Positions 1 to 9,100 of a stretch of DNA of 64,000 nucleotides are shown piece by piece (within the stretch, counting starts at the first letter, position 1; each line of letters begins with the position of its first letter). Under the pieces are notes generated by a model that was not told the DNA's origin, searched no databases, and saw only the letters and a program-made list of their open reading frames with translations. The position numbers and the translations under genes are program-made. The DNA comes from an uncultured Alphaproteobacteria bacterium. Its GTDB lineage: Bacteria; Pseudomonadota; Alphaproteobacteria; Rs-D84. The DNA lies in assembly GCA_934230415.1 (NCBI GenBank), contig CAKQEW010000002.1, positions 64,783-128,782 of the forward strand, in the 5' to 3' direction.

Positions 1-148
1 CAACCTCGCGCTGGTCAGACTTCTGCCCCCCCAGCAACATTGTTAACAAAATCAATACGACAATAAACGCCGCACCCAAAAACAGCCACTGAACCCGTTT
101 TGGGGTTGCATTGCGCAGGTCTGAAATTTGTTTTTTGATACCACTCAT
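1..148 (-). CDS. virB10: VirB10-like T4SS protein, N-terminal fragment (gene continues beyond the window start)
   Basis: Reverse-strand translation from the ATG at 148-146 gives MSGIKKQISDLRNATPKRVQWLFLGAAFIVVLILLTMLLGGQKSDQ. This is a basic cytoplasmic tail, one TM helix and a GGQK motif, as in VirB10 N-termini. It lies 15 nt downstream of the virB9 stop, in the virB8-9-10 order. Confidence 0.4.
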   Translation of the reverse strand, partial: MSGIKKQISDLRNATPKRVQWLFLGAAFIVVLILLTMLLGGQKSDQREV

Positions 149-163
149 ATTAACGTTCCAATT

Positions 164-1780
164 TTATTGAATACGAACCACACTGCAGCTGGCGCCACTG
201 AACTTTAACAATTGGTCGCACAGTTTCTGGGCCGTGTCAATATCCGACATTGGCCCGATACGCAAACGATACAAACGTGCCGCACGTGATGTCGCCCCCA
301 GTTCGCCAACACCCTGTTCGTCAACAGCAAAGAACACCTTGTCCTTGTACGGGGTCAGCAATCCCACACCATCGTCACCACTGAATTTTGCCAGCAATCC
401 GGTCCAGTAATCATCCAATGCCTTGACCGACGTGTCTGATTTCAGTTCAACGGCAACGCCTGTTTGGTTACTGGTAATCAGTGGGATGTTCGTCTGGGGC
501 AGGTAAGAGCCCGCCGTCGTCCGACCCGATTGCAGCATTGTCACCGCACCAGTGTTCGCCCCAGTGGTAACCGCAGTTGTCGCCACACCCGCCGGCATAT
601 AAATACCCGTGCCCGCCACAGAATTCGTGTTTGCAACGTATGTCGGGGTTCCCGTGTAATTGATACCTGCGGCATTAATTGCGTTCTGGTCCATTGTGTA
701 TGCAATGTTATTCAGTGATTGTCCAGACATCATGGATTGCGCAACGTTTGCCTCGGCCAATGCCATGACAGACGCCGTATCGGCAATCAAGAATGGCTTT
801 TCACGTTTTTTTATGCAAACGATACGCTGGCCGCTGCGCAGAACCATGTCGCCCACCGCTTCTACAATCAACAGACGGCCGTCTTCGCCATCGGTGCGGA
901 ATCCGACCGGGGATTCGCCGCCTTCTACCAATAATGATACAACCGGACGCTGGGTCATGGCGATAACCTTGTCCCCAAAGTCAATGTATGTAAATATGCG
1001 GTCGCGCCATACGCGTTCCGGGGCAATAACATAATCGTCTGGGTTTGGAACAAAGATATCCAGGTCAAACCGGAATTCAGACGGATCAATTTTCATTGAT
1101 TTAATCCAGCCATAATCTTCGCCATCGGCACCAACCACGCTGGTTGTCGCAGGGGCCTTTTTAAATATAGATGACGCCCCCCCATTTGTGGTGGCGGTTG
1201 TGGTTGCACCCGGCAGTGTTGCATTGCCGTCCAACACGACATCAACCTGGGAATATGTGATTTCGCTGGAATTTGATGGTTCGCTGCGCAGATAGAATAT
1301 GTATTTATTCCCCGATTGCCCTGTCACAATCAGGTTTGTATCAGAACCCTGGTTGCTGGTGGTTGGGCTGATAACCATTGTGCGTTCGCCCTGGTTGGCT
1401 TCTATGGTAAACAGGCCCTGGTTCCCGATAACCGCATCGGCAATCTGTTCCCCGTTGGGCAATGACACCATCGTCACCATCCCATTGCGCAATTTGATGG
1501 GTAATACACTGCCTGTTTCCCACGACAGTTGGGCATATCCGGGCTTTACACTGCCGGCGGCCATGTTTGCAGTTGGGTTATCCCATGCATCCTGGACGCC
1601 ATAATTCACCCCCGCCGCATGCGCCGACGCGCACAGCGCCATCACGCAAAAAACAGAAATGTCTAATTTTATCGCTGTTTTAAAACTCATGCCCTTGTCC
1701 TTACCTTGCTCGTACCAATGGCGGCGATTATTCGTCGGCCAGGTATCCTGTATCCAATGGGTCGCCATTGCCAGATTCAA
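164..1780 (-). CDS. virB9: VirB9/TrbG-like T4SS outer-membrane core protein with a C-terminal SPOR (peptidoglycan-binding) domain
   Basis: 538-aa ORF. An internal Met (MSFKTAIKLDISVFCVMALCASAHAAG) gives a signal peptide. The N-domain has the VirB9/TrbG pattern (GSVLPIKLRNGMVTMVSLPNGEQI...TNLIVTGQSGNKYIFYL). A Thr/Ala/Gly linker follows. The last ~75 aa (VAVELKS...RLYRLRIGPMSDIDTAQKLCDQLLKFSGASCSVVRIQ) fit the SPOR fold. Confidence 0.55.
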   Translation of the reverse strand: MNLAMATHWIQDTWPTNNRRHWYEQGKDKGMSFKTAIKLDISVFCVMALCASAHAAGVNYGVQDAWDNPTANMAAGSVKPGYAQLSWETGSVLPIKLRNGMVTMVSLPNGEQIADAVIGNQGLFTIEANQGERTMVISPTTSNQGSDTNLIVTGQSGNKYIFYLRSEPSNSSEITYSQVDVVLDGNATLPGATTTATTNGGASSIFKKAPATTSVVGADGEDYGWIKSMKIDPSEFRFDLDIFVPNPDDYVIAPERVWRDRIFTYIDFGDKVIAMTQRPVVSLLVEGGESPVGFRTDGEDGRLLIVEAVGDMVLRSGQRIVCIKKREKPFLIADTASVMALAEANVAQSMMSGQSLNNIAYTMDQNAINAAGINYTGTPTYVANTNSVAGTGIYMPAGVATTAVTTGANTGAVTMLQSGRTTAGSYLPQTNIPLITSNQTGVAVELKSDTSVKALDDYWTGLLAKFSGDDGVGLLTPYKDKVFFAVDEQGVGELGATSRAARLYRLRIGPMSDIDTAQKLCDQLLKFSGASCSVVRIQ

Positions 1781-2486
1781 TTACGTATCTGGAAACGCGA
1801 ACCCCCAATGGGTTGTCCAGACGATCCGCCCATTTTAATGTTGCGTTATCGTCCATGTCTAACTTTACGATTATTGTATAATCTTTTTTACCTGTCTGTC
1901 CACCACTATCTTCACAGAAATACTTGAAATTTACCGCCCATGTTTTGTAATCGGCCGTTCGGGGTTGAATTGCGCCATTTTCAAATTCCACACTGCAACT
2001 GAATTCAAAATCAGGCGTGCTGTTCATCAGGGCGTTCCACATGTTCGTCTGGGTGAATGCCGCATATACTTCTGGGGTGGACCACGTGTGAACAACACCG
2101 TTTTCGTCGTTGTTCCATTTGCGCATCATAATGCGACTGTCTGGGGTAATTTCGTTACGGGCCTTGATATATTCACGAATGAATGCGCGCACAAACCATT
2201 TCATATTGTCATCGCGTGGCGGTAATTCAGACAGTGTGATTTCCAGGTTTTCACGTGGTTGCGTCATCAGGAAATAGACCTGGGGACGGTTCAGTGGGAA
2301 CATTTTATATAATGTAAAGCCCAGCACCCCCAGCACGACAACCGCGCCGGCGAACACAAACGTCATCAATCGCGACAATAAAATTGGCGGTTCTATGCGG
2401 TCTTGCAACGATTTCCTCTCCCTGTTATGGGTGAATTGTAGACAAAAAACGGTATGTGGCGCAAGTAAAAAGTGTGCGAAATCCAT
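1728..2486 (-). CDS. virB8: VirB8-like T4SS inner-membrane protein
   Basis: 252-aa ORF with a single TM segment (VFAGAVVVLGVLGFTLY) followed by a periplasmic domain of about 190 aa. It has the conserved NP-x-G motif (RLDNPLGVRV) near the C-terminus and sits immediately upstream of the virB9-like gene. The true start is probably an internal Met. Confidence 0.5.
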   Translation of the reverse strand: MDFAHFLLAPHTVFCLQFTHNRERKSLQDRIEPPILLSRLMTFVFAGAVVVLGVLGFTLYKMFPLNRPQVYFLMTQPRENLEITLSELPPRDDNMKWFVRAFIREYIKARNEITPDSRIMMRKWNNDENGVVHTWSTPEVYAAFTQTNMWNALMNSTPDFEFSCSVEFENGAIQPRTADYKTWAVNFKYFCEDSGGQTGKKDYTIIVKLDMDDNATLKWADRLDNPLGVRVSRYVIESGNGDPLDTGYLADE

Positions 2487-2647
2487 AATTTATAAAACCG
2501 GACATCAGTTTTTGCTTGCAGGGGTGCGTCAAAAATCATATAATAGTTGCGCTTTTTCCACTTGCTTTTTTACATAGGTGTGCTATTCTGGCGCAGACTA
2601 TCGGGGTATATCAGCACAGGAAAGCTGTGTGGATAGGCAGTAAAAAC

Positions 2648-2721
2648 AGGGGCATAGTTCAACGGTAGAATATCGGTCTCCAAAACCGCGGATAAGGGTT
2701 CGATTCCTTTTGCCCCTGCCA
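2648..2721 (+). tRNA. trnW: tRNA-Trp (anticodon CCA)
   Basis: AGGGGCATAGTTCAACGGTAGAA...GGTCTCCAAAACCG...GGGTTCGATTCCTTTTGCCCCTGCCA. Cloverleaf with a 7-bp acceptor stem, anticodon CCA and an encoded CCA end. It precedes secE-nusG as is usual. Confidence 0.9.
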
Positions 2722-2881
2722 AATTCCCTAAAATATGGCGTGTCCATATTTTTGGGAATTTAGATTCCGTAGTGGCAATGGGAAGCGAACCCGGATGGGT
2801 AAAATGGTGTTCGCATACGAGTTGGATTTTGCAAGCATAGCGCGGCGAAATCTGTACGAGTGGTGAGGCGCAGTCCGAATA

Positions 2882-2900
2882 TTCCTTTTGCCCCTGCCAA
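2882..2900 (+). repeat. Direct repeat of the tRNA-Trp 3' end (ATTCCTTTTGCCCCTGCCA), about 160 bp downstream of the gene
   Basis: Exact 19-20 nt match to the T-arm and acceptor 3' strand of the upstream tRNA-Trp. The 160-bp spacer contains an 18-bp AT-rich palindrome (AAATTCCCTAAAATATGG...CCATATTTTTGGGAATTT). Confidence 0.6.
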
Positions 2901-2917
2901 TATAGTGGACGAAGTTT

Positions 2918-3097
2918 ATGAAGAAAGTTATTGATTATATTAAATCGGTGCGCAGTGAATGGTTCAAAATTGTATGGCCGTCACGCGATACGGTTATTCG
3001 TGCGACTATTATGATACTGGTATTTTCGGCCGTTGCAGCATTGTTCTTCTTTGCGGTGGACAGTGTGCTGAACGCGCTGGTTAGTTGGATTTTTTAA
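2918..3097 (+). CDS. secE: Preprotein translocase subunit SecE (59 aa; absent from the ORF track because it is under 60 aa)
   Basis: MKKVIDYIKSVRSEWFKIVWPSRDTVIRATIMILVFSAVAALFFFAVDSVLNALVSWIF. Short single-TM protein in the conserved position between tRNA-Trp and nusG. Confidence 0.8.
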   Translation: MKKVIDYIKSVRSEWFKIVWPSRDTVIRATIMILVFSAVAALFFFAVDSVLNALVSWIF

Positions 3098-3125
3098 TTA
3101 AAACAAACGGGCAAAGGATACGCAC

Positions 3126-3659
3126 ATGGAAGAAAAAATGCAATGGTTTGTTGTGAATGTTCATACTGGCTGTGAAGACAAGGTTGCCCGCGGCCTGCGC
3201 GAACAGATTGACAAACGCCGCTTGAACGCGTTGTTTGGTGAAATTTTGGTTCCCACGCGTGAAGTTACAGAAATCAAGGGCGGCAAACGTGTTAAATCTG
3301 AAAAGAAATTCTTTCCGGGCTATATCGTTGTCCAGATGGTTTTGAATAATGAAACGTTTTCGTTGGTTAAATTGATGCCCCAGGTGGTTATGTTCTTGGG
3401 GGCGAAAAATAAACCAATCGCCGTTACCGAAGAAGAAGCGCGTCGTCTGCAAAAGCAGGTAGAAGAGGGTGCCGTTGCAGTTGATGATATTGAATACGAG
3501 GTTGGCCAGGAAGTCCACGTTATTGATGGCCCATTCAATGGATTCAATGGCATCGTGGCCGAGGTTGATAATCTGAAACAGAAAATGACCGCGACGATTT
3601 TGGTATTCGGTCGTGAAACCAGTGTTGAACTGGGCTTTAACGAGGTTGAAAGAGTTTAA
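3126..3659 (+). CDS. nusG: Transcription termination/antitermination factor NusG
   Basis: 177 aa, with NGN and KOW domains (FPGYIVVQM...VGQEVHVIDGPFNGFNGIVAEVD). Canonical secE-nusG-rplK context. Confidence 0.95.
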   Translation: MEEKMQWFVVNVHTGCEDKVARGLREQIDKRRLNALFGEILVPTREVTEIKGGKRVKSEKKFFPGYIVVQMVLNNETFSLVKLMPQVVMFLGAKNKPIAVTEEEARRLQKQVEEGAVAVDDIEYEVGQEVHVIDGPFNGFNGIVAEVDNLKQKMTATILVFGRETSVELGFNEVERV

Positions 3660-3757
3660 TCGGGGAAACCTGACGGGCGTGTGCAAGGCGCGCAAAACAT
3701 GGTGGTAGATGCGCCACATCGAACCGCCGCACTAACCAAAACAAATGGAGTGAACAA

Positions 3758-4189
3758 ATGGCAAAAAAAGAACTGAAAGGGATTGTCAAATTAGTCGTCC
3801 CTGCAAAACAGGCGAATCCTGCGCCACCAATTGGACCTGTGTTGGGTGCTAATGGTGTTAACATCGCAGAATTTTGTAAACAATTTAACGACAAAACAGC
3901 AGACAAAGAACCGGGTATGCCGATTCCTTGCATTATCACTGTTTATACGGACCGCAGCTTTGAATTTATTATGAAGTTGCCACCGGTGTCGTACTATATC
4001 AAAAAGGCATTGAAACTGAAATCCGGTTCCAAGAAGCCAGGTCGTGATTTCGTTGGTACGATTTCCAAAGATCAGATAAAGCAAATTGCAGAAAGCAAGA
4101 TGCCGGACTTGAATTGCTCTACCATTGAATCCGCTATGAACATCGTTGCGGGTCAGTGCCGTTCTATGGGCGTAAAGGTGGAGGAATAA
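3758..4189 (+). CDS. rplK: 50S ribosomal protein L11
   Basis: [36 protein letters not shown]... Classic L11. Confidence 0.95.
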   Translation: MAKKELKGIVKLVVPAKQANPAPPIGPVLGANGVNIAEFCKQFNDKTADKEPGMPIPCIITVYTDRSFEFIMKLPPVSYYIKKALKLKSGSKKPGRDFVGTISKDQIKQIAESKMPDLNCSTIESAMNIVAGQCRSMGVKVEE

Positions 4190-4192
4190 GAC

Positions 4193-4867
4193 ATGAAACT
4201 GACAAAAAGACAGAAAACTTGGGCAAACCTGGACAAGGAAAAAGTGTATTCAATTGCAGATGCGATTGAAGCATTGCGTCCATATACATCCAAGAAATTT
4301 GATGAAAGCCTGGAAATCGCAATCAAATTGGGTATTGATATTACCAAGGCCGACCAGAACATTCGTGGTATGTTGTCATTGCCAAATGGCACGGGTAAAA
4401 CCGTTCGCGTTGCAGTGTTTACTGTAAACAGCGCAGACGATGCCAAGAAGGCAGGTGCCGATGTTGTTGGCGGTGAAGACCTGATTGAAAAGGTTGCCGG
4501 TGGCGAAATCAATTTTGACCGCGTTATCGCAACCCCAGATATGATGCCGAAAATGTCAAAAATCGCGCGTATCTTGGGGCCAAAGGGTTTGATGCCGAAT
4601 CCAAAACTGGGTACGGTTACAAACAACGTTGCCGAAGCGGTTAAGGTTGCCAAGGCAGGCCAGATTGAATATCGTGCGGAAAAGAAGGGTATCATTCACG
4701 CCGGTATTGGTAAAATGTCTTTCACCACAGACCAGTTGGTTGAAAATGCAAACGCATTGATTGACCAGTTGAAAAAGGTGAAACCAGCATCGTCCAAGGG
4801 TCAGTATATCTTGGGTGCGTCCGTTGCGACAACCCAGGGACCAGGCCTGAAGGTTGATGTAAAATAA
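4193..4867 (+). CDS. rplA: 50S ribosomal protein L1
   Basis: 224 aa with L1 signature regions. Follows rplK. Confidence 0.95.
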   Translation: MKLTKRQKTWANLDKEKVYSIADAIEALRPYTSKKFDESLEIAIKLGIDITKADQNIRGMLSLPNGTGKTVRVAVFTVNSADDAKKAGADVVGGEDLIEKVAGGEINFDRVIATPDMMPKMSKIARILGPKGLMPNPKLGTVTNNVAEAVKVAKAGQIEYRAEKKGIIHAGIGKMSFTTDQLVENANALIDQLKKVKPASSKGQYILGASVATTQGPGLKVDVK

Positions 4868-4879
4868 CAGTTCAAAGTT

Positions 4880-5088
4880 CAGAATTCAGATTTTGAATTC
4901 TGGACTTTAGCAAGAGATTTCTGTCCGAGACTGATGGTGTTGGCAACAACTTAATTCCCATCATAGACAAAGAAAAAATTCTTTGGGGCAGGAACAGCAG
5001 CCCCATCCCGGGAAACCGGATGGAAAGTTTAACAAAGCAGGGATTCCGGAAAGGAAACTTTCTGAAATCTGGAAGTAAAGGATAAAAT
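4880..5088 (+). promoter_or_regulatory. rplA-rplJ spacer / L10 leader with an 8-bp inverted repeat (CAGAATTC...GAATTCTG at 4880-4902)
   Basis: A 220-nt untranslated spacer before rplJ, as for the autoregulated L10(L12) leader. The hairpin lacks a strong U tract, so an attenuator role is only inferred. Confidence 0.35.
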
Positions 5089-5565
5089 ATGAGACGCGAA
5101 GAAAAATCAGATTTGATTTCAGCGTTGCAGTCGTCCTTGAAAGAAGCAAACGGTGTTTTCGTTGTTGAAAACCACGGTCTGACCGTGAAAGAACTGGAAG
5201 GCCTGCGCAATGAATTGCGCCCATTGGTTTCCGTGTTCAAGGTTGTTAAAAACCGTTTGATGAAATTGGCGTTAAAAGACACCAATTTTGAACCTGTATC
5301 CGAAATGATGAAACGTCCAACCGCGGTTGCAGTTGCAACAGACGGTCTGGCGGTTACCAAGGTTTTGGCAAAGTTCGCCGAAGAACATCCAAACCTGACC
5401 ATCATTGGTGGTAAAATGGATGCAGATGTCTTGGACAAAGACGGCATTGTGCAATTATCCAAACTGCCATCCCTGTTGGAAATCCGTGGCACGATTGCGC
5501 GTATCCTGGTGGAACCAGCATCGCGTTTGGCGCGCGTTTCCGCAGAGTATGGAAAGAAAAATTAA
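5089..5565 (+). CDS. rplJ: 50S ribosomal protein L10
   Basis: 158 aa. L10 family. Precedes rplL. Confidence 0.95.
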   Translation: MRREEKSDLISALQSSLKEANGVFVVENHGLTVKELEGLRNELRPLVSVFKVVKNRLMKLALKDTNFEPVSEMMKRPTAVAVATDGLAVTKVLAKFAEEHPNLTIIGGKMDADVLDKDGIVQLSKLPSLLEIRGTIARILVEPASRLARVSAEYGKKN

Positions 5566-5615
5566 TATCAAAATGGCAACATTTTGATTTAGCTAAACTA
5601 AATAGGAGCTAAAAA

Positions 5616-5981
5616 ATGGCAGACATTCAAAAATTGGTTGAAGAATTGTCAAAATTGACCGTTTTGGAAGCAGTTGAACTGTCCAAAGCGTTGGAAGAAA
5701 CATGGGGCGTTTCCGCCGCTGCTGCTGTTGCAGTTGCAGCTGGCCCAGCCGCCGCAGCCGCCGAAGAAAAGACAGACTTTGATGTTGTCTTGGCAGAAAT
5801 CGGTGCAAACAAACTGGCCGTTATCAAGGCTGTCAAAGAAATGACAGGTTTGGGCCTGACCGAAGCAAAAGCTTTGGTTGAATCCGCACCAAAGGCTGTG
5901 AAAGAAGCCGTTGCGAAAGATGAAGCTGAAAAAATGAAAGCGACATTGGAAGCAGCAGGTGCCAAGGTTGAATTGAAATAA
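5616..5981 (+). CDS. rplL: 50S ribosomal protein L7/L12
   Basis: 121 aa, with an Ala-rich hinge ([19 protein letters not shown]) and a conserved CTD. Confidence 0.95.
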   Translation: MADIQKLVEELSKLTVLEAVELSKALEETWGVSAAAAVAVAAGPAAAAAEEKTDFDVVLAEIGANKLAVIKAVKEMTGLGLTEAKALVESAPKAVKEAVAKDEAEKMKATLEAAGAKVELK

Positions 5982-6141
5982 TTCCGCCCGTTGGGGGGAA
6001 CCCCAACAAAACCAAAAAAGTCGCGGCATGTCCGCGCAAACGCCGGCCCACCAGGGAAATTTTCCCCGGTGGGCGCAAAGGCGTAAAAAGAGTTTGAAAT
6101 AGTTTCGTTTGCAAAACGCACAAAAAAAAGGATTGATACCC

Positions 6142-9100
6142 ATGGCAGTTATCCAGAAATTTAGAAAATCTTTTGGAAAAAGTTTTTTGCAAACTCCGCT
6201 TCCTGATCTGGTTGAAATTCAATATAATTCATACAAAGATTTCTTGCAGGCTGATGTAGATCCGCAGAACCGCAAAAATATTGGTCTGCAAAACGTATTT
6301 TCGTCTATGTTCCCAATCAAGGACTATGCCGGCATCGCCGACCTGGAATTTGTTGAATACACACTGGACAAGCCGGTTTATAATGTAAAAGAATGCATGC
6401 TGCGCAATATGACATATTCCAGCAAGCTGAGATTGAAGCTGAGATTGATTTTGTGGGACATCGCCGAAGACGGTAAAAAAACTTTGCGCGATATCAAAGA
6501 ACAAGAAATATTTATGGGCGAAGTGCCGTTGATGACAGAACGCGGCAGCTTTATCGCATCGGGCGTTGAACGTGTTATTGTTTCCCAGATGCATCGTGCC
6601 CAGGGTGTTGTTTTTGCAACAACCAAAGAAGCCAAGATTGCGGGCAACCCAATCACATATACCGCGCGTATTATCCCAGAACACGGCAGCTGGATTGACT
6701 TTGAAGAATCCAAGGGTGTCATCTATGTTCGTATTGACCGCCGTCGCAAGGTTCCAGCGACCGTATTGTTGCGTTGCCTGCCGGCCGCCGAAGACGAAAA
6801 GAAATTCGCCGCCGATCCGCGCAAACCGACAATCCGCGGGATGAGTGACACGGAAATCCTGGCCAGTTTCTATTCACACATTCCATTGAAATTCAATGGT
6901 AAAATGTGGGTGGGCGATGTTGCATCGTTCGCGGGTCTGGATAAATACCGTTTGAATTACGATTTAATTAATCCAAAAGATAAAAAAGTACTGGCGGCCA
7001 AGGGTGACCGCTTGAACGCAAAACGTATGGCGAAAATCACGGCCAGCACCAAAGAATTCGGTATTTTGCCGGAATCACTGGTTGGTGAATATCTGTTTGA
7101 ACCGATTATGTCTGGGGACGAAACGGTATTCCAGGCCGGTACAGAAATCACAGACGAAGTTTTGTCTGATTTGGATAAAATGGGTATCAAGGAAATTTCC
7201 TTGATTGCGATTGACAACACAACGGTCAGTGCACACATGCGCAACACGCTGATGGCGGACAAGACCACAAATCGCGAAGAAGCCCTGATTGAAATCTATA
7301 ACATCATCCGTCCGGGTGAACGTCCAACACTGGAAGCGGCGATTAACTTGTTCCTGCGCCAGGGCTTTGATGCGGCGTTCTATGACCTGTCGGCGGTTGG
7401 TCGTTTCAAGATGAACAAGCGTTTGAAAATTGATTCTGGCAAAAAACCAGAAGATGAACGCGTTCTGACGAAATCTGATTTCTTGGCGGTGTTGAAAACA
7501 CTGACAAACATCATTGACCACAAAGACACAGTTGATGATATTGATAACCTGTCAAATCGTCGTGTCCGCGCGGTTGGTGAATTGCTGGAACAGAATTTCC
7601 GCACCGGTATGGTTCGTATTGAACGTCTGGTTCGCGAAAGCCTGTCATCGCCAAACATTGCAAATATGCAGCCCCAGGATGTCATCAATGTAAAACCGTT
7701 GATGTCACTGGTGTCTGAATTCTTGGGTACGTCCCAGTTGTCCCAGTTTATGGATGCGTATAACCCGCTGTCTGAACTGGAACACAAACGTCGTATTTCT
7801 GCGTTGGGTCCGGGGGGCTTGAACCGTGACCGTGCCGGCATTGACGTCCGCGACGTTCACCCAACACACTATGGTCGTCTGTGCCCAATTCATACACCCG
7901 AAGGTGCGAATATTGGTCTGATTAACCACATGGCGACATATGCACGTGTTAACCCATATGGATTTATTGAAACCCCATACTATGTTGTTGAAAACGGCCG
8001 CGTTACAGATAAAATGGTTTACCTGACCGCGGACGAAGAACTGGGACACAAGATTGCCCAGGGTAATACCCCAACAACAAAAGATGGCACATTGGCCGAA
8101 GAAACCGTGACGGCACGTGTTGACGGCGAATTTACCATGGTTCCAAAATCTGAAATTGACCTGATTGACGTGGCCCCACGCCAGGTGGTGTCCATCGCAA
8201 CTGGATTGATTCCGTTCGTTGAAAACGACGACGCGAACCGTGCGTTGATGGGTTCAAACATGCAGCGCCAGGCGGTTCCATTGTTGCGCGTCCAGGCCCC
8301 ATTGGTTGGTACCGGTATTGAACGCGAAGTGGCACGCGATTCCCGCACGGGCAAGGTTGCAAAGCACAGTGGTATCGTTGAATCTGTGGATGCAAACCGT
8401 ATTGTGGTTAAATGTATGAACAGCCGCAACGTTGTAACCGGTGTTGATATTTACAACCTGGAAAAATTTGACCGCAGCAACAGTGAAACATTGATTCACC
8501 AGAAACCGTTGGTCAAGGTTGGCGACCGTATTTCTGCGGGCGACATCATTGCGGACGGTTCATCAATGAACTATGGTGAATTGGCACTGGGACGTAACGT
8601 TCTGGTCGCATTTGTGCCATGGCGTGGTTATAACTATGAAGACGCGATTGTGATTTCCGAACGTATTTCACGCCAGGATATATTCACATCTGTTAAAATC
8701 GTTGAAAAAGAATTCAAGGTTCGTGATACCCAGTTGGGTCCAGAAAGTCTGACCCGTGATATTCCAAATGTCAGCGAGGAAGCACTGAAAAACCTGGACG
8801 AATCCGGTATCATTTACGTTGGTGCACGTGTGAAGCAGGGCGACATCTTGGTCGGTCGTGTTTCGCCAAAATCTGAAACGTTATTGACCCCCGAAGAAGC
8901 GTTGCTGCGTAACATCTTTGGTGAAAAGGCATTGAACGTCAAAGATACGTCACTGCGCGTTGGGCCGAACGAAGAAGGTACAGTTATCGGTGTGAACGTC
9001 TTGACCCGTCATGGGGTAAAGAAAGACGAACGTACCCAGATGATTGAACTGCAAAAAATTGAACAGATTAACAAAGACCGCGATGAAGAAACATCTATCA

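Noticed and set aside
2722-2765. AT-rich 18-bp palindrome immediately after tRNA-Trp, considered as an intrinsic terminator
   Set aside because: The stem is AT-rich with no U tract, so it is unlikely to terminate. It was kept only as part of the tRNA-duplication finding, as a possible protein-binding site.
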